A model generated the notes under the pieces. That model searched no databases. It was not told where the DNA came from and saw only the letters and a list, made by a program, of their open reading frames with translations. Below are positions 41,844-51,838 of a stretch of 64,000 nucleotides of DNA, in pieces; the stretch's first letter is position 1, and each line of letters opens with the position of its first letter. Made by a program: the position numbers and the translations under genes. The stretch is from an uncultured Gammaproteobacteria bacterium (GTDB lineage Bacteria; Patescibacteriota; Patescibacteriia; Magasanikbacterales; UBA922), in the NCBI GenBank assembly GCA_964447765.1, contig CAYUTO010000004.1, positions 22,561-86,560 of the forward strand, read 5' to 3'.

Positions 41844-42740
41844 ATGGCACTTGCTTTTGAACGAAATCTTGATGGTCTAAAAAACCATGAACCAAAAAAA
41901 AGGAAAAAGCGTGAGATAAAATTAAAAGAAATACCAGATGCAGAGATGGTTCTTGAACCAGAAGAAGAAAACAAATATGAAGGATTTCATAAATTAATTC
42001 AAGATACATCTGAATCTGATGAAATTCTAGAAAAAATTGAAAAACATCCTGAAGTTAAAAAAGCATTTGATCAGTGGAAAGATGTATCGGAAGACGTTAT
42101 TGGAAATAGTATTTCAAAAGAAGAAGCAATTCATTTCCTTGACTGGGCAATGGACAATAAAAAAATTGATTTCTCTGAATATGATGATGCATGGGAGCTC
42201 TATCTCAAACTCAATGCGCATAATGCATCAAAAAAATCCCACAACATAGACCAACAATCTATCAAAAGAATTTCAGATACTATTGCTTCTCTACCAGATA
42301 AAGCAGAAGGATTTACTCCCACAGAAGACAACCGAAAGCTTGTACTTTACCGTCAACGATTCGAAGAAGTCTATGGCATATTACTAAACGACGAGGGTAA
42401 TCCAGCATCACAGTCAGATGAAGATAAAGTATCAAAAATGATGAGCCTCGTTGATGCAGATGTAAAAAAAATTCAACGCTCTGGAATCCTTGGAAAAATT
42501 AAAGGATTGGTGAGCGATCTCATGGCGTCAGACCAAGACCGACTCCAGGCGCAAGCATTTCAAAGAGATTTCAGTGAATACAATAGATTGTCACAAGAAG
42601 TTTCTGCTGCACGATATAACCCAGATGACTTTGAAGAAACTAGTAACACAGAGGTAGAAGAAGTGGAAAATAAAAAAACAAGAAAGACAAAACCTGCAGC
42701 ACGACGCACCAAGAGACCTCGAAAAGAAAAACTATCCTAA
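41844..42740 (+). CDS. Hypothetical charged helical protein
   Basis: 298-aa ORF with upstream TATAAT and downstream terminator. Confidence 0.7.
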   Translation: MALAFERNLDGLKNHEPKKRKKREIKLKEIPDAEMVLEPEEENKYEGFHKLIQDTSESDEILEKIEKHPEVKKAFDQWKDVSEDVIGNSISKEEAIHFLDWAMDNKKIDFSEYDDAWELYLKLNAHNASKKSHNIDQQSIKRISDTIASLPDKAEGFTPTEDNRKLVLYRQRFEEVYGILLNDEGNPASQSDEDKVSKMMSLVDADVKKIQRSGILGKIKGLVSDLMASDQDRLQAQAFQRDFSEYNRLSQEVSAARYNPDDFEETSNTEVEEVENKKTRKTKPAARRTKRPRKEKLS

Positions 42741-42780
42741 CATAAAAACTCTCCCTATATTCGGGAGAGTTTTTAATTCT

Positions 42781-44826
42781 TCAGAGTTCATCCAATGACT
42801 TCAAAAAACTTCGAACCGGCTTATTACTATCATCTGCCTCATAGGTAATATCATCAACATCATCACTCGGATCAGAAAACACGAGCGTACTCGATCCCTG
42901 ACTTCGCTCATGAAGAATAAGACTCCGATCAATCTCTTCGATAAATCTACTCGGTCCCTGAAGGACGCTAAATGAACTCGCGAGCAATGGATATGAGAGG
43001 TATAAAAACTTTTTTGCACGAGTAATTGCAACATAGAATAATCGCCTCTCTTCTTCGACACCATCCACTTCCCTCATCGATCGCTCACTCGGAAATTGAC
43101 CAGCAGAAACATGGAGGATAAATACAGCTTCCCACTCCAGTCCTTTGGCTTGGTGAATAGTAGAAAGTACAATTTTTTCAGTATCTTCTTCTGCATTTTT
43201 TGCAACTTTACCCGAATAACTCTCCTGCAAACTTGCTTCAGCAAGAAATTCTGATAATCGTGATTCTCCAGATTCTGTAATATATTGATCCGCAAATAAG
43301 GCAAGTTGTTCAATATCTTGTAATCGTTCACGATAATCTGGATATTCTGCTTCCAGATAGTCTTTGTAGGGCGAAGCCAAAATTCCACGAATCATTTCTC
43401 CAGGACCCCGAGTCTCAGACGCAATAACTTCATTCCAAATTCGAATAAACTCTCCCCAACCCAATTGTCCACGTACAGAAAGAATACTACCTACATGGTC
43501 AATTGGGTCGTTCGGTGCCAGTCCACGAACCATATCAATAACTTTTTCAGCACCCGACGGACCAATACCAGTCTGCATGGTAAGTACCCGCATCCACGCA
43601 ATAGAGTCTCCTCGGTTCGCAAATATACGCAAATATGCGAGTGTGTCCTTCACGTGTGCGCGTTCAAAAAATCGCACACCTCCACGGTAGTCATAAGGAA
43701 TTTGTCTCCGTGTAAGTTCAATTTCAAGTGATTGTGAATGGAATGCCGCACGAAATAACACAGCGATTTCAGACAGCGGAACTCCCTCTTCTGATAATTC
43801 AAGAATTCGGTCGGCGATAAATCGAGCTTCTTCAAATGCATCGACAAATGCATGTACTTCGGGCTTGGTAAAACTCTCCCGGATACTTCGCAATTCTTTT
43901 TTATACTGTTTTTTATTCTGTGCAATTACTTCATTAGCAACTCCGAGAATATCTGGAGTGGAGCGATAATTCGTTTCAAGTCGAAAAATTTTTGCATCGG
44001 TGTGTGTATGTTCGAAATCAAGAATGTTCGTTATATCAGCAGCACGGAATGAATAAATGCTCTGAGCATCATCCCCCACTACCAATAGGTTCTGATGAAC
44101 AATAGCAAAAAACCGAATAATAGACGCCTGAATCTTATTCGTATCCTGATACTCGTCTACTAAAATATACTGAAACTGTGTTGCGTATTTTTTTCGCACC
44201 TGTTCTGATGATGAAAGTAATAAAAATAAATTCACCAGTAAATCATCAAAATCCATGACATTGCTTTCTCGCTTTCTTCTGCCATAATCTTCTGCAATGC
44301 GGGATAATGCATCAGCAAAATCTACCCACTGTGGATGTTTTTCGAGGAGCACGTCCCCGACCGTGCGCTCTGCATTTCGTGCAAAACTTAAGAGTGATGC
44401 AACCACTGCTGGTGACGGAAATTTTTTATGTGATCGCTGCACCCCTTCACTCCCAATACAAAGTTTGATCATGTCACGCGCATCTTCTGAATCAAGAATA
44501 TTAAACGTATTTGCATAACCAAGTAATGGCGCATACTGTTTGAGTATGCGATACGCAATATGATGGAATGTTCCAGACCACGGTAATTTCACTCCACCCT
44601 CTGTAAACGATTCGACGCGATGAAGCATTTCTCGTGCAGCTTTATTGGTAAAAGTGAGCAACAAAATTGAAGAAGGATCAATACCCTTCTCCAATAAATA
44701 TGCAACTCGATAGGTAATTGCGCGTGTCTTCCCACTCCCGGCTCCCGCAAGTACAAGACACGGTCCATCACCATGCAACACGACATCCAGTTGTTCTGTA
44801 TTTAATTCTTTTTGAAAATCGATCAT
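42781..44826 (-). CDS. UvrD/PcrA-family SF1 DNA helicase
   Basis: LAGAGSGKT, TFTNKAA, VDEYQD, VGDDAQSIY, NYRS, STIHQAKGLE, EERRLFYVAITRA. Confidence 0.95.
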   Translation of the reverse strand: MIDFQKELNTEQLDVVLHGDGPCLVLAGAGSGKTRAITYRVAYLLEKGIDPSSILLLTFTNKAAREMLHRVESFTEGGVKLPWSGTFHHIAYRILKQYAPLLGYANTFNILDSEDARDMIKLCIGSEGVQRSHKKFPSPAVVASLLSFARNAERTVGDVLLEKHPQWVDFADALSRIAEDYGRRKRESNVMDFDDLLVNLFLLLSSSEQVRKKYATQFQYILVDEYQDTNKIQASIIRFFAIVHQNLLVVGDDAQSIYSFRAADITNILDFEHTHTDAKIFRLETNYRSTPDILGVANEVIAQNKKQYKKELRSIRESFTKPEVHAFVDAFEEARFIADRILELSEEGVPLSEIAVLFRAAFHSQSLEIELTRRQIPYDYRGGVRFFERAHVKDTLAYLRIFANRGDSIAWMRVLTMQTGIGPSGAEKVIDMVRGLAPNDPIDHVGSILSVRGQLGWGEFIRIWNEVIASETRGPGEMIRGILASPYKDYLEAEYPDYRERLQDIEQLALFADQYITESGESRLSEFLAEASLQESYSGKVAKNAEEDTEKIVLSTIHQAKGLEWEAVFILHVSAGQFPSERSMREVDGVEEERRLFYVAITRAKKFLYLSYPLLASSFSVLQGPSRFIEEIDRSLILHERSQGSSTLVFSDPSDDVDDITYEADDSNKPVRSFLKSLDEL

Positions 44827-44948
44827 AGATATAATCTCGTAATATAAACTCGTAAGCTACGTAACCAGGTACGTAGCTTTGTTGTCTCCTTGCGGCGGTA
44901 AGAATAGTACATTCCTCCCGCCGCTCTTGAGTTATCCCCCCACTCTAC

Positions 44949-45251
44949 TCACCCAGCGAGATTGGTTTCTTCCGGAACCTTCAACTTGCTCTGCCTACGC
45001 ATAGCCTTTTTGGAGAGCTTGGACTCGAACGGCACCACCTTTCGATCAGATGAGCCATTCTCGGCATCAGACTCTGCGCTTCGCAAAGACACTTCTTTGG
45101 AATGGTGAGGACACTTAGTGTAATCACCTCCATTGCGATAGCAGCCAGTACATTCACTCGCCACTGTATTGATGACTGTATGATCCTCCGGATCGCCGAC
45201 TGTAATTTTGGCACAAACACAGCCACACCCGCATTGAGCGATCACGTACAT
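44949..45251 (-). CDS. Small Cys-rich orphan protein
   Basis: CGCGCVC...CTGC...CPHH; start at ATG 45251; TTGTGT-17-TATGAT upstream. Confidence 0.55.
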   Translation of the reverse strand: MYVIAQCGCGCVCAKITVGDPEDHTVINTVASECTGCYRNGGDYTKCPHHSKEVSLRSAESDAENGSSDRKVVPFESKLSKKAMRRQSKLKVPEETNLAG

Positions 45252-45399
45252 AGGGCCCCGCACTGTAATGAGAAAGGGTAAAGGACAAAAAATTAAATGA
45301 ACGATAAATCGATACAACCTCCTTTACTAAAGAAATACACTGATTCAAATCATAGCCCCAATTGAAAAAAAACACAACTTCTGTTAGTGTTAGCACTAT

Positions 45400-46563
45400 A
45401 TGTTTTGGAAGACAATAAAAAAATCTAGTGAATGTGGTGCACGTGCTGGCATCATTCACACTGACCATGGAGATATTGAAACTCCTATTTTTATGCCTGT
45501 TGGAACTCAGGCAAGTGTCAAAACATTAGATACTCATGACATCAAAAATACGGGCGCAGAAATAATCTTAGCCAATACCTATCACCTCCATCTCCGCCCA
45601 GGAGAAGATTTAATTGATACAGCAGGTGGTCTCCACAAATTCATGGGTTGGGATAAACCAATGCTTACTGATAGTGGCGGATTCCAAGTACTATCACTCG
45701 GAGCACAAAAAACTCGAAATAAAGGCGGAGAGGCGTTATCAAAAATTGATGACAATGGAGTAACGTTCAAAAGCCATATCGACGGATCTACTCATCGCTT
45801 TACTCCAGAAATCGCAATTGATATTCAGCATAAACTTGGCGCTGACATTATTATGGTGTTCGACGAATGCACTCCAGACGATGCAAATGAAGAATATGCA
45901 AAAAAAGCGCTTGAACGAACTCATCGCTGGGCGAAAGAATCACTCGAGGCACACAAAAAAGAAACCAATCGCCATGGTTACAACCAATTCTTATTTGGAA
46001 TTATTCAAGGTGGAGTTCATAAAGACTTACGAATCGAAAGTGCCAAAGCTATTTGCAACATGGACTTTGACGGAATTGCGGTTGGAGGAGAATCAGTCGG
46101 GTACAATATGCCAATAACCCGTGAAATCTTGCAATGGGTAGCTCCACACTTACCAGAAAATAAACCACACTACACCATGGGTGTCGGTTATTCACCTATG
46201 GATTTATTTGATGTAGTAGAACATGGAATTGATATGTTCGACTGTGTTGCTCCGACTAGGGTTGCGAGAAACGGTACATTATTTGATCAGTCAGCAAAAG
46301 ATTCTAACTTTAGAATCTCAATTACTAATGCAAAATATAGAGAAGATTTTTCTCCCATCGATCCAACAAACACCCTTCCTCCACATCTCAACGTTACACG
46401 AGCATACCTTCATCACCTCTTCAAAGCAGAAGAGCTCGCAGCCTATCGAATTGCAACTATGCACAATCTTACCTTCCTTCTCAAACTGATGAAAGAAATG
46501 CGTGTGGCAATTATCGAAGACAGATTTTTTGAATTTAAAAAATCATGGATTGAAGGAAATTAG
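45400..46563 (+). CDS. tgt: tRNA-guanine transglycosylase
   Basis: TPIFMPVGT, ANTYHL, TDSGGFQV, DEC, GIIQGG, DMFDCV.PTR.ARNG. Confidence 0.97.
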   Translation: MFWKTIKKSSECGARAGIIHTDHGDIETPIFMPVGTQASVKTLDTHDIKNTGAEIILANTYHLHLRPGEDLIDTAGGLHKFMGWDKPMLTDSGGFQVLSLGAQKTRNKGGEALSKIDDNGVTFKSHIDGSTHRFTPEIAIDIQHKLGADIIMVFDECTPDDANEEYAKKALERTHRWAKESLEAHKKETNRHGYNQFLFGIIQGGVHKDLRIESAKAICNMDFDGIAVGGESVGYNMPITREILQWVAPHLPENKPHYTMGVGYSPMDLFDVVEHGIDMFDCVAPTRVARNGTLFDQSAKDSNFRISITNAKYREDFSPIDPTNTLPPHLNVTRAYLHHLFKAEELAAYRIATMHNLTFLLKLMKEMRVAIIEDRFFEFKKSWIEGN

Positions 46564-46564
46564 A

Positions 46565-46667
46565 TTCCGCCTTAATTCTGTTAAATTAGTTCGATTCCGT
46601 GTTCCATTAAGCGAATGTTTAATAGAACACGGATTGGACAGAATCACACGGAATAAAAAACGGATAA
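46565..46667. repeat. 9-10-bp-period inverted repeat element, arms in swapped order relative to 7044-7135
   Basis: TCCGTGTTCCATTA then AATAGAACACGGAT. Confidence 0.75.
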
Positions 46668-46675
46668 AATACCAT

Positions 46676-47146
46676 ATGATGCGAATTACCATAATATCAA
46701 TCGGCAAACTCAAAGAGTCATACTGGAAAGATGCAGAAAGTGAATATCTGAAACGGCTTTCCGCCTTTGCAAAAGTTGAAATTATAGAACACAAAGAAAT
46801 TGGTTTTTCGGAAAAAGATACTATTGAATCAATAAAAGAAAAAGAAGTTGAGATAATATTCAACTCTATTCCAGCGTCTTCGTACATAATTGCGCTTGAC
46901 CCACACGGAAAAGAATTATCATCTGAATCACTTTCAAAAAATATAAGTGACCTTGAACACACGACTTCTCACCTCACCTTCATCATCGGCGGACCACTTG
47001 GAATTCACGAATCAGTTTTCAAAAAAACTAACCTCAAACTTTCACTCTCTCTGCTCACTTTTACCCACCAAATGACCCGTATCATTCTCCTCGAACAAAT
47101 TTACCGAGTGTACATGATCAAAACAGGAAAATCATATCACCACTAA
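46676..47146 (+). CDS. rlmH: 23S rRNA pseudouridine1915 N3-methyltransferase
   Basis: IGKLKE, EYLKRL, FIIGGPLG, TFTHQMTRIILLEQIYR, YH. Confidence 0.95.
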   Translation: MMRITIISIGKLKESYWKDAESEYLKRLSAFAKVEIIEHKEIGFSEKDTIESIKEKEVEIIFNSIPASSYIIALDPHGKELSSESLSKNISDLEHTTSHLTFIIGGPLGIHESVFKKTNLKLSLSLLTFTHQMTRIILLEQIYRVYMIKTGKSYHH

Positions 47147-47149
47147 ACC

Positions 47150-47178
47150 TTGACAAATACGCTCACGTGGAGTAAACT
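47150..47178 (+). promoter_or_regulatory. sigma70-type promoter
   Basis: TTGACA-17bp-TAAACT. Confidence 0.7.
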
Positions 47179-47241
47179 GTCCCGGTCTCTAAACAAACGT
47201 ATACGAGAAGTATACGTTTTGTGTTCCAAAGGAGGAACCAC

Positions 47242-47430
47242 ATGCAAGACATCATCAAGTCGTCCCAGAATCAGATCATCCCAGCCGCCGACCTGTCACG
47301 ACTCGTTCGTAACCAGATCCGTCTGCGGATCAAGAACTTCGGGATGCAGCTCGGTTCCCGAGCCATCGCTACCATGATGGGAAGCTCGCTCTCCGTCGGC
47401 CTCAGCGACAGGAGGAAGTCCAAGAAGTGA
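47242..47430 (+). CDS. Orphan small basic protein (62 aa)
   Basis: AAGGAGG SD, own promoter, long hairpin terminator at 47464-47535. Confidence 0.55.
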   Translation: MQDIIKSSQNQIIPAADLSRLVRNQIRLRIKNFGMQLGSRAIATMMGSSLSVGLSDRRKSKK

Positions 47431-47581
47431 CAGATGTTGGAGCGGGAGGACAGAGATACAATCAAAAACCACCCGCTACCACAAGATATTCTAAATAGAT
47501 TGGAATACGTTGTGGGAGAATCCGGGTGGTTTTTTGTTTAATTAGCCAATAGGAAAATACAAATTTGTATTTTCCTATGAA

Positions 47582-48664
47582 CTAATAAATAAACATCGCA
47601 TCACCAAAACTATAAAATCGATATTCTTTTTCTACTGCTGTTTTGTAACAATTCAAAATAAATTCTCGATCCCCTGCTAAAGCTGACACAAGCATAAGAA
47701 GCGTTGATTTTGGAAGATGAAAATTAGTAATCATTGCATCAACAATACTGAATTCAAATCCAGGTGTAATAAAAATATTAATATCTCCTGTGTATGCACT
47801 CATTGTCCCATGATGAAGCAAAGCAACACCTTCGAGCGTCCGTGCAGTCGTCGTACCAATAGCAATCACTCGTCTTCCCTCTTTTTTTGCAGCAGTAATA
47901 ATTTCTGAAGTTTCTTCTATTACTTCCACCCACTCACTATGCATCGTATGATCTTCAATTCTCTCAGACTTTACTGGAAGAAAAGTTCCGAGCCCCACAT
48001 GCAAAGTTACTTCTGCAAATATAATCCCTTTTTGTTTTAACTTTTCTATTAATTCAGGGGTAAAATGAAATCCAGCAGTAGGCGCTGCAACTGATCCTTC
48101 AGGCTTTGCATACACGGTCTGATAACTCTCAAGCTCATGTGGTTCATCTTTGACATACGGAGGAATAGGAATTGATCCATATTGATTTGCTTTTCTTCGC
48201 ACCTCATCATCAGTATCAGAAAACTGCACAAGGATTGTTCCATCTTTTTCTTTAAACATCACTTCACAATAAAAATCCGGAGCAAATCGTACCACCATAC
48301 CAGTCTGAATTCTCCGACCTGGTTTTCCAAGTACTTTCCACACACCACTATTTTCCATGGAGCGCACCAAAAATATTTCCACTTCTTTCTGGTTCAATAA
48401 CGCATGGTCGGGAACTCCATCCTGATTCGCATCAGTATTTCCTGCTTCCAATTTTCCAATTAAGCGTGCTTTAAACACTTTGGAATTATTCCAGACAAGC
48501 ACATCACCAGATTGTAAGTAATCAATAATATCATAAAAATGACGATCAACCGTCGTCTTATTTTCCCGGTCAATCACCATGAGTCGTGAATGATCTCGTG
48601 GTTCGACAGATTGCTGAGCAATCCGTTCGTCAGGGAGGATATAGTCAAAGTCTTTGGTATGCAT
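47582..48664 (-). CDS. queA: S-adenosylmethionine:tRNA ribosyltransferase-isomerase
   Basis: DFDY.LP...IAQ, PIPPY, YQTVYA, GSVAAPTAG.HF, TNFHLPKSTL, YRFYSFGDAM. Confidence 0.97.
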   Translation of the reverse strand: MHTKDFDYILPDERIAQQSVEPRDHSRLMVIDRENKTTVDRHFYDIIDYLQSGDVLVWNNSKVFKARLIGKLEAGNTDANQDGVPDHALLNQKEVEIFLVRSMENSGVWKVLGKPGRRIQTGMVVRFAPDFYCEVMFKEKDGTILVQFSDTDDEVRRKANQYGSIPIPPYVKDEPHELESYQTVYAKPEGSVAAPTAGFHFTPELIEKLKQKGIIFAEVTLHVGLGTFLPVKSERIEDHTMHSEWVEVIEETSEIITAAKKEGRRVIAIGTTTARTLEGVALLHHGTMSAYTGDINIFITPGFEFSIVDAMITNFHLPKSTLLMLVSALAGDREFILNCYKTAVEKEYRFYSFGDAMFIY

Positions 48665-48675
48665 AGATTAGTATT

Positions 48676-48791
48676 GTGTCATTCCGAGCGAAGCGTAGCG
48701 AAGTCGAGGAATCCCTTGTTTAAAGTAATATTAACTTAATGCAAGGGATTCCTCGACTCCCCTCAAAGACTCGGGTCGCTCGGAATGACAC
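48676..48791. repeat. Palindromic element (GTGTCATTCCGAGCG...CGCTCGGAATGACAC)
   Basis: Long near-perfect IRs; homolog of 6410-6527. Confidence 0.88.
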
Positions 48792-48829
48792 CGAGCGTAG
48801 AAAAACTCTACCTTAGAGTAAGCATTTTT

Positions 48830-50158
48830 TCAACTCTTATTTTTAGTCACAAACGCATGTACTGCCGGATCAGTCCAGACATGCTCACGTTTGAGCGGAC
48901 GACGAAGATGAAGCCCTTCAAACGTAGTACAGCGAGATAATGCGACATACACCTGGCCAGATACAAAAGTTCCGCTACCAATATCAAGCAATACTCGATC
49001 AAACGTTTTTCCTTGAGCTTTATGAATGGTGACCGCCCATGCAAGCTTCAGCGGATACTGTATAAATGAACCGACTGTTTCTGATTCCACCTGTTTGGTA
49101 GATGGATCAAAATAAAATCGATACATGTCCCAGGTGTACATCCCAATCAATACCTCATCACCTGAATCAAGAGTAACTTTAATCATTTCATCTTCACCTT
49201 CCACTTTAGAAAAACCTTTTACCACACCCATACTTCCATTATGCCATTTTCCCCACGGATCATTATGAAGGACCATCACTCTCGCACCAATTTTTAATTT
49301 GAGTTCAGCGTCAGTCGGAAACGCTCCCCGATCAAATTTATGCTCTACTCTACCAGTGAACACACGTTCTTTCTCTTCTAGAGCCTGCAGTTGCCCCTGA
49401 TTCACCGCAGACGCAAGTGCATTGGTCGTCGTGACCCACACACCATCATATGCAGCATGATCAAAATCTTCATCTACACAACGCTGATTGAGTACTTGTA
49501 GTTGTTCGGAAGTAAGTGTCATATCTCGCACTGCATTCAAGAGTGATATAAAATCTGTATCTGTCTGGCGATACATTTTTTCAAGCTCAATTATTTCTAA
49601 TTCAAAAATTTCTTCTTCGAGCATTTTTTTCTGCTTATTTCCCCCACACACATGCGCGGCAAAAAAATACGGAGAATCATATCGTTCAGAAAAAAACTGC
49701 TGTTCGCCTCTCGTGACCACGGGCGGCAATTGATAGAGGTCACCAATCAGAATCATTTGCACGCCACCAAATGGTTTTCGTTTATCTCTACCAGCTTTCC
49801 TGAGGAATATATCAATACAATCAAATAAGTCAGCCCGAACCATAGAAATCTCATCAATGACAATTGCATCCAGTTCGCGATAAATCTTTTTCTGCTCATC
49901 ATCTCCTCGAGGATTCTTAATAGTGTCAGGCGTAGTCTCTGGGGTAAACCCAAAAAAAGAATGAATCGTCTGCCCTTCCACATTCACTGCCGCAACCCCA
50001 GTCGGCGCCAATACTACAATCTTTTTCTTGGTATGATGACGAAAATAAGTAAGCAAAGTTGATTTTCCAGTCCCCGCGCGACCGGTAATAAAAAGATTCG
50101 TATGGGTGTTCTCCATACGATCGAGGGCTTTTTTGAACTGTACATTTTTATCAATCAT
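48830..50158 (-). CDS. PIF1/RecD-like SF1B helicase
   Basis: TGRAGTGKS, APTGVAA, TIHSFF, IDEISM, GDLYQLPPV, QYPLKLAWAVTIHKAQG, YVALSR. Confidence 0.92.
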   Translation of the reverse strand: MIDKNVQFKKALDRMENTHTNLFITGRAGTGKSTLLTYFRHHTKKKIVVLAPTGVAAVNVEGQTIHSFFGFTPETTPDTIKNPRGDDEQKKIYRELDAIVIDEISMVRADLFDCIDIFLRKAGRDKRKPFGGVQMILIGDLYQLPPVVTRGEQQFFSERYDSPYFFAAHVCGGNKQKKMLEEEIFELEIIELEKMYRQTDTDFISLLNAVRDMTLTSEQLQVLNQRCVDEDFDHAAYDGVWVTTTNALASAVNQGQLQALEEKERVFTGRVEHKFDRGAFPTDAELKLKIGARVMVLHNDPWGKWHNGSMGVVKGFSKVEGEDEMIKVTLDSGDEVLIGMYTWDMYRFYFDPSTKQVESETVGSFIQYPLKLAWAVTIHKAQGKTFDRVLLDIGSGTFVSGQVYVALSRCTTFEGLHLRRPLKREHVWTDPAVHAFVTKNKS

Positions 50159-50176
50159 AGCATCGTCAACTGTACC

Positions 50177-50704
50177 TTATAAGTGATACTTTTTCAATTC
50201 CCGCTCACGTACTCGATAATCCGGTAAAATAGTACCAACCTCTGCCCAGAATTTTGCTGAATGATTATGATGTCTCAGGTGGCAGAGCTCATGCACAACA
50301 ACATAATCAAGCAATGCTTCAGACAAAAAAATTAGTTTATAATTAAAATTCAAATTTTCTTTAGTAGAACAACTCCCCCAGCGACTCGAGGTATTTTTAA
50401 TTGAAATCCGCTTGAAGGTAAATCCATGGACATGCGCAAAATGCTTTACACGCTCAGTAATTATTTTCTTTGCACGGGCTTTATTCGCATGATATGAAAA
50501 CTTCGGACCAGAAAACTCAGATTTTTTGACTGTTTTTAATTTTTGCAACACCCCATCAATCCAATCATGCTTAGTTTTTACAAATTTTTCAATCACTGAT
50601 TTTGAAACGCTCTTAGGAGCAGTTACTCGCACTTTTCCTTTGGAATTTACGGATAACGTAATACGTCGCAGTCGTGCGCGTCTATGTAAACTAAAATCAT
50701 GCAT
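50177..50704 (-). CDS. YgjP/DUF45 (M48-like) zinc metalloprotein
   Basis: SRWGSC, YVVVHELCHL..NHS..FW. Confidence 0.9.
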   Translation of the reverse strand: MHDFSLHRRARLRRITLSVNSKGKVRVTAPKSVSKSVIEKFVKTKHDWIDGVLQKLKTVKKSEFSGPKFSYHANKARAKKIITERVKHFAHVHGFTFKRISIKNTSSRWGSCSTKENLNFNYKLIFLSEALLDYVVVHELCHLRHHNHSAKFWAEVGTILPDYRVRERELKKYHL

Positions 50705-50708
50705 AATA

Positions 50709-51836
50709 CTAAGCGTTTTTCACTGCCTCGGCAACTCGCTCTGCAACTCGCTTATCAAACACATCAGGAATGATGTTCTCTTCAGAAGGATTTTCAACGC
50801 ACGAAGCAATCGCTCTCGCTGCTGCAAGTTTCATTTCAGTCGTGACTGTTCGTATTCGAGCATCGAGAAGCCCTCGAAAAATTCCAGGAAACGCGAGTAC
50901 GTTATTAATTTGATTTGGAAAATCACTTCTGCCCGTTGCAACAATTCGAGCTCCTCCGAGCTTAGCCTCATCTGGCATAATTTCAGGAGTTGGATTTGCA
51001 AGCGCACATACGATTGCATCACTGCTCATAGTACGAACCATTTCAGTACTCAAGACTCCAGCTTTACTTACGCCAATAAAAACATCAGCACCCTGTATTG
51101 ATTCAGCTAGCTTTCCACGAACCATTTCTCGATTCGTAATACGCGCCATTTCAATTTTCTCATCATTCAAATCTTCCCTGCCTTCATAAATAGTTCCCGT
51201 AGAATCAACAAGGATAATTGAAGTGGCTCCAGCGGCAATAAGTAATTTTGCAATTGCAATTCCAGCCGCACCCGCACCATTAATAACTATTTTTGCAGTC
51301 TCAATTGATTTGTTAGTGACTTTAAACGCATTAATCAACCCAGCTAGAACAACAATAGCTGTACCATGTTGGTCATCATGAAAAACAGGAATATCCAGTC
51401 GCTCACTCAATTTTCGCTCTACCTCAAAACAGCGAGGAGCCGCAATGTCTTCGAGATTGATTCCACCAAATCCTGGAGAAATACGAACTACAGTTTCAAC
51501 AATCTCATCCACATCCTGTGTATTCAAGATAATCGGAAAAGCATCTACTCCACCAAATTCTTTGAACAAAATACATTTACCTTCCATTACCGGTAACCCC
51601 GCCTCTGGGCCAATATTCCCTAATCCTAATACTGCGCTCCCGTCAGAAACTACGGCAACCAAGTTTCCTTTTCGTGTATAGTCATAGACTTTACTCACAT
51701 CCTTCGCTATCTCCTTACACGGTTCAGCAACGCCCGGGGTATACGCAAGACTTAGCTCCTCCCGATTGGTAACTGGAACACGAGAAACTACTTCTATTTT
51801 ACCGTTATATTTTTTGTGAAATTCTAATGAATCCAT
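50709..51836 (-). CDS. NAD(P)-dependent malic enzyme
   Basis: AYTPGVA, VMEGK, NLEDI, FHDDQHGT, GAGAAG, ANPTPEI, NQINN. Confidence 0.95.
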   Translation of the reverse strand: MDSLEFHKKYNGKIEVVSRVPVTNREELSLAYTPGVAEPCKEIAKDVSKVYDYTRKGNLVAVVSDGSAVLGLGNIGPEAGLPVMEGKCILFKEFGGVDAFPIILNTQDVDEIVETVVRISPGFGGINLEDIAAPRCFEVERKLSERLDIPVFHDDQHGTAIVVLAGLINAFKVTNKSIETAKIVINGAGAAGIAIAKLLIAAGATSIILVDSTGTIYEGREDLNDEKIEMARITNREMVRGKLAESIQGADVFIGVSKAGVLSTEMVRTMSSDAIVCALANPTPEIMPDEAKLGGARIVATGRSDFPNQINNVLAFPGIFRGLLDARIRTVTTEMKLAAARAIASCVENPSEENIIPDVFDKRVAERVAEAVKNA

Positions 51837-51838
51837 AG

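Noticed and set aside
46502-46675. N-terminal extensions of rlmH (likewise asnS, rsmF, rpsE, rplP, rpsZ, site-2 protease)
   Set aside because: Longest-ORF artefacts running through repeats or neighbouring genes; downstream ATGs match family starts
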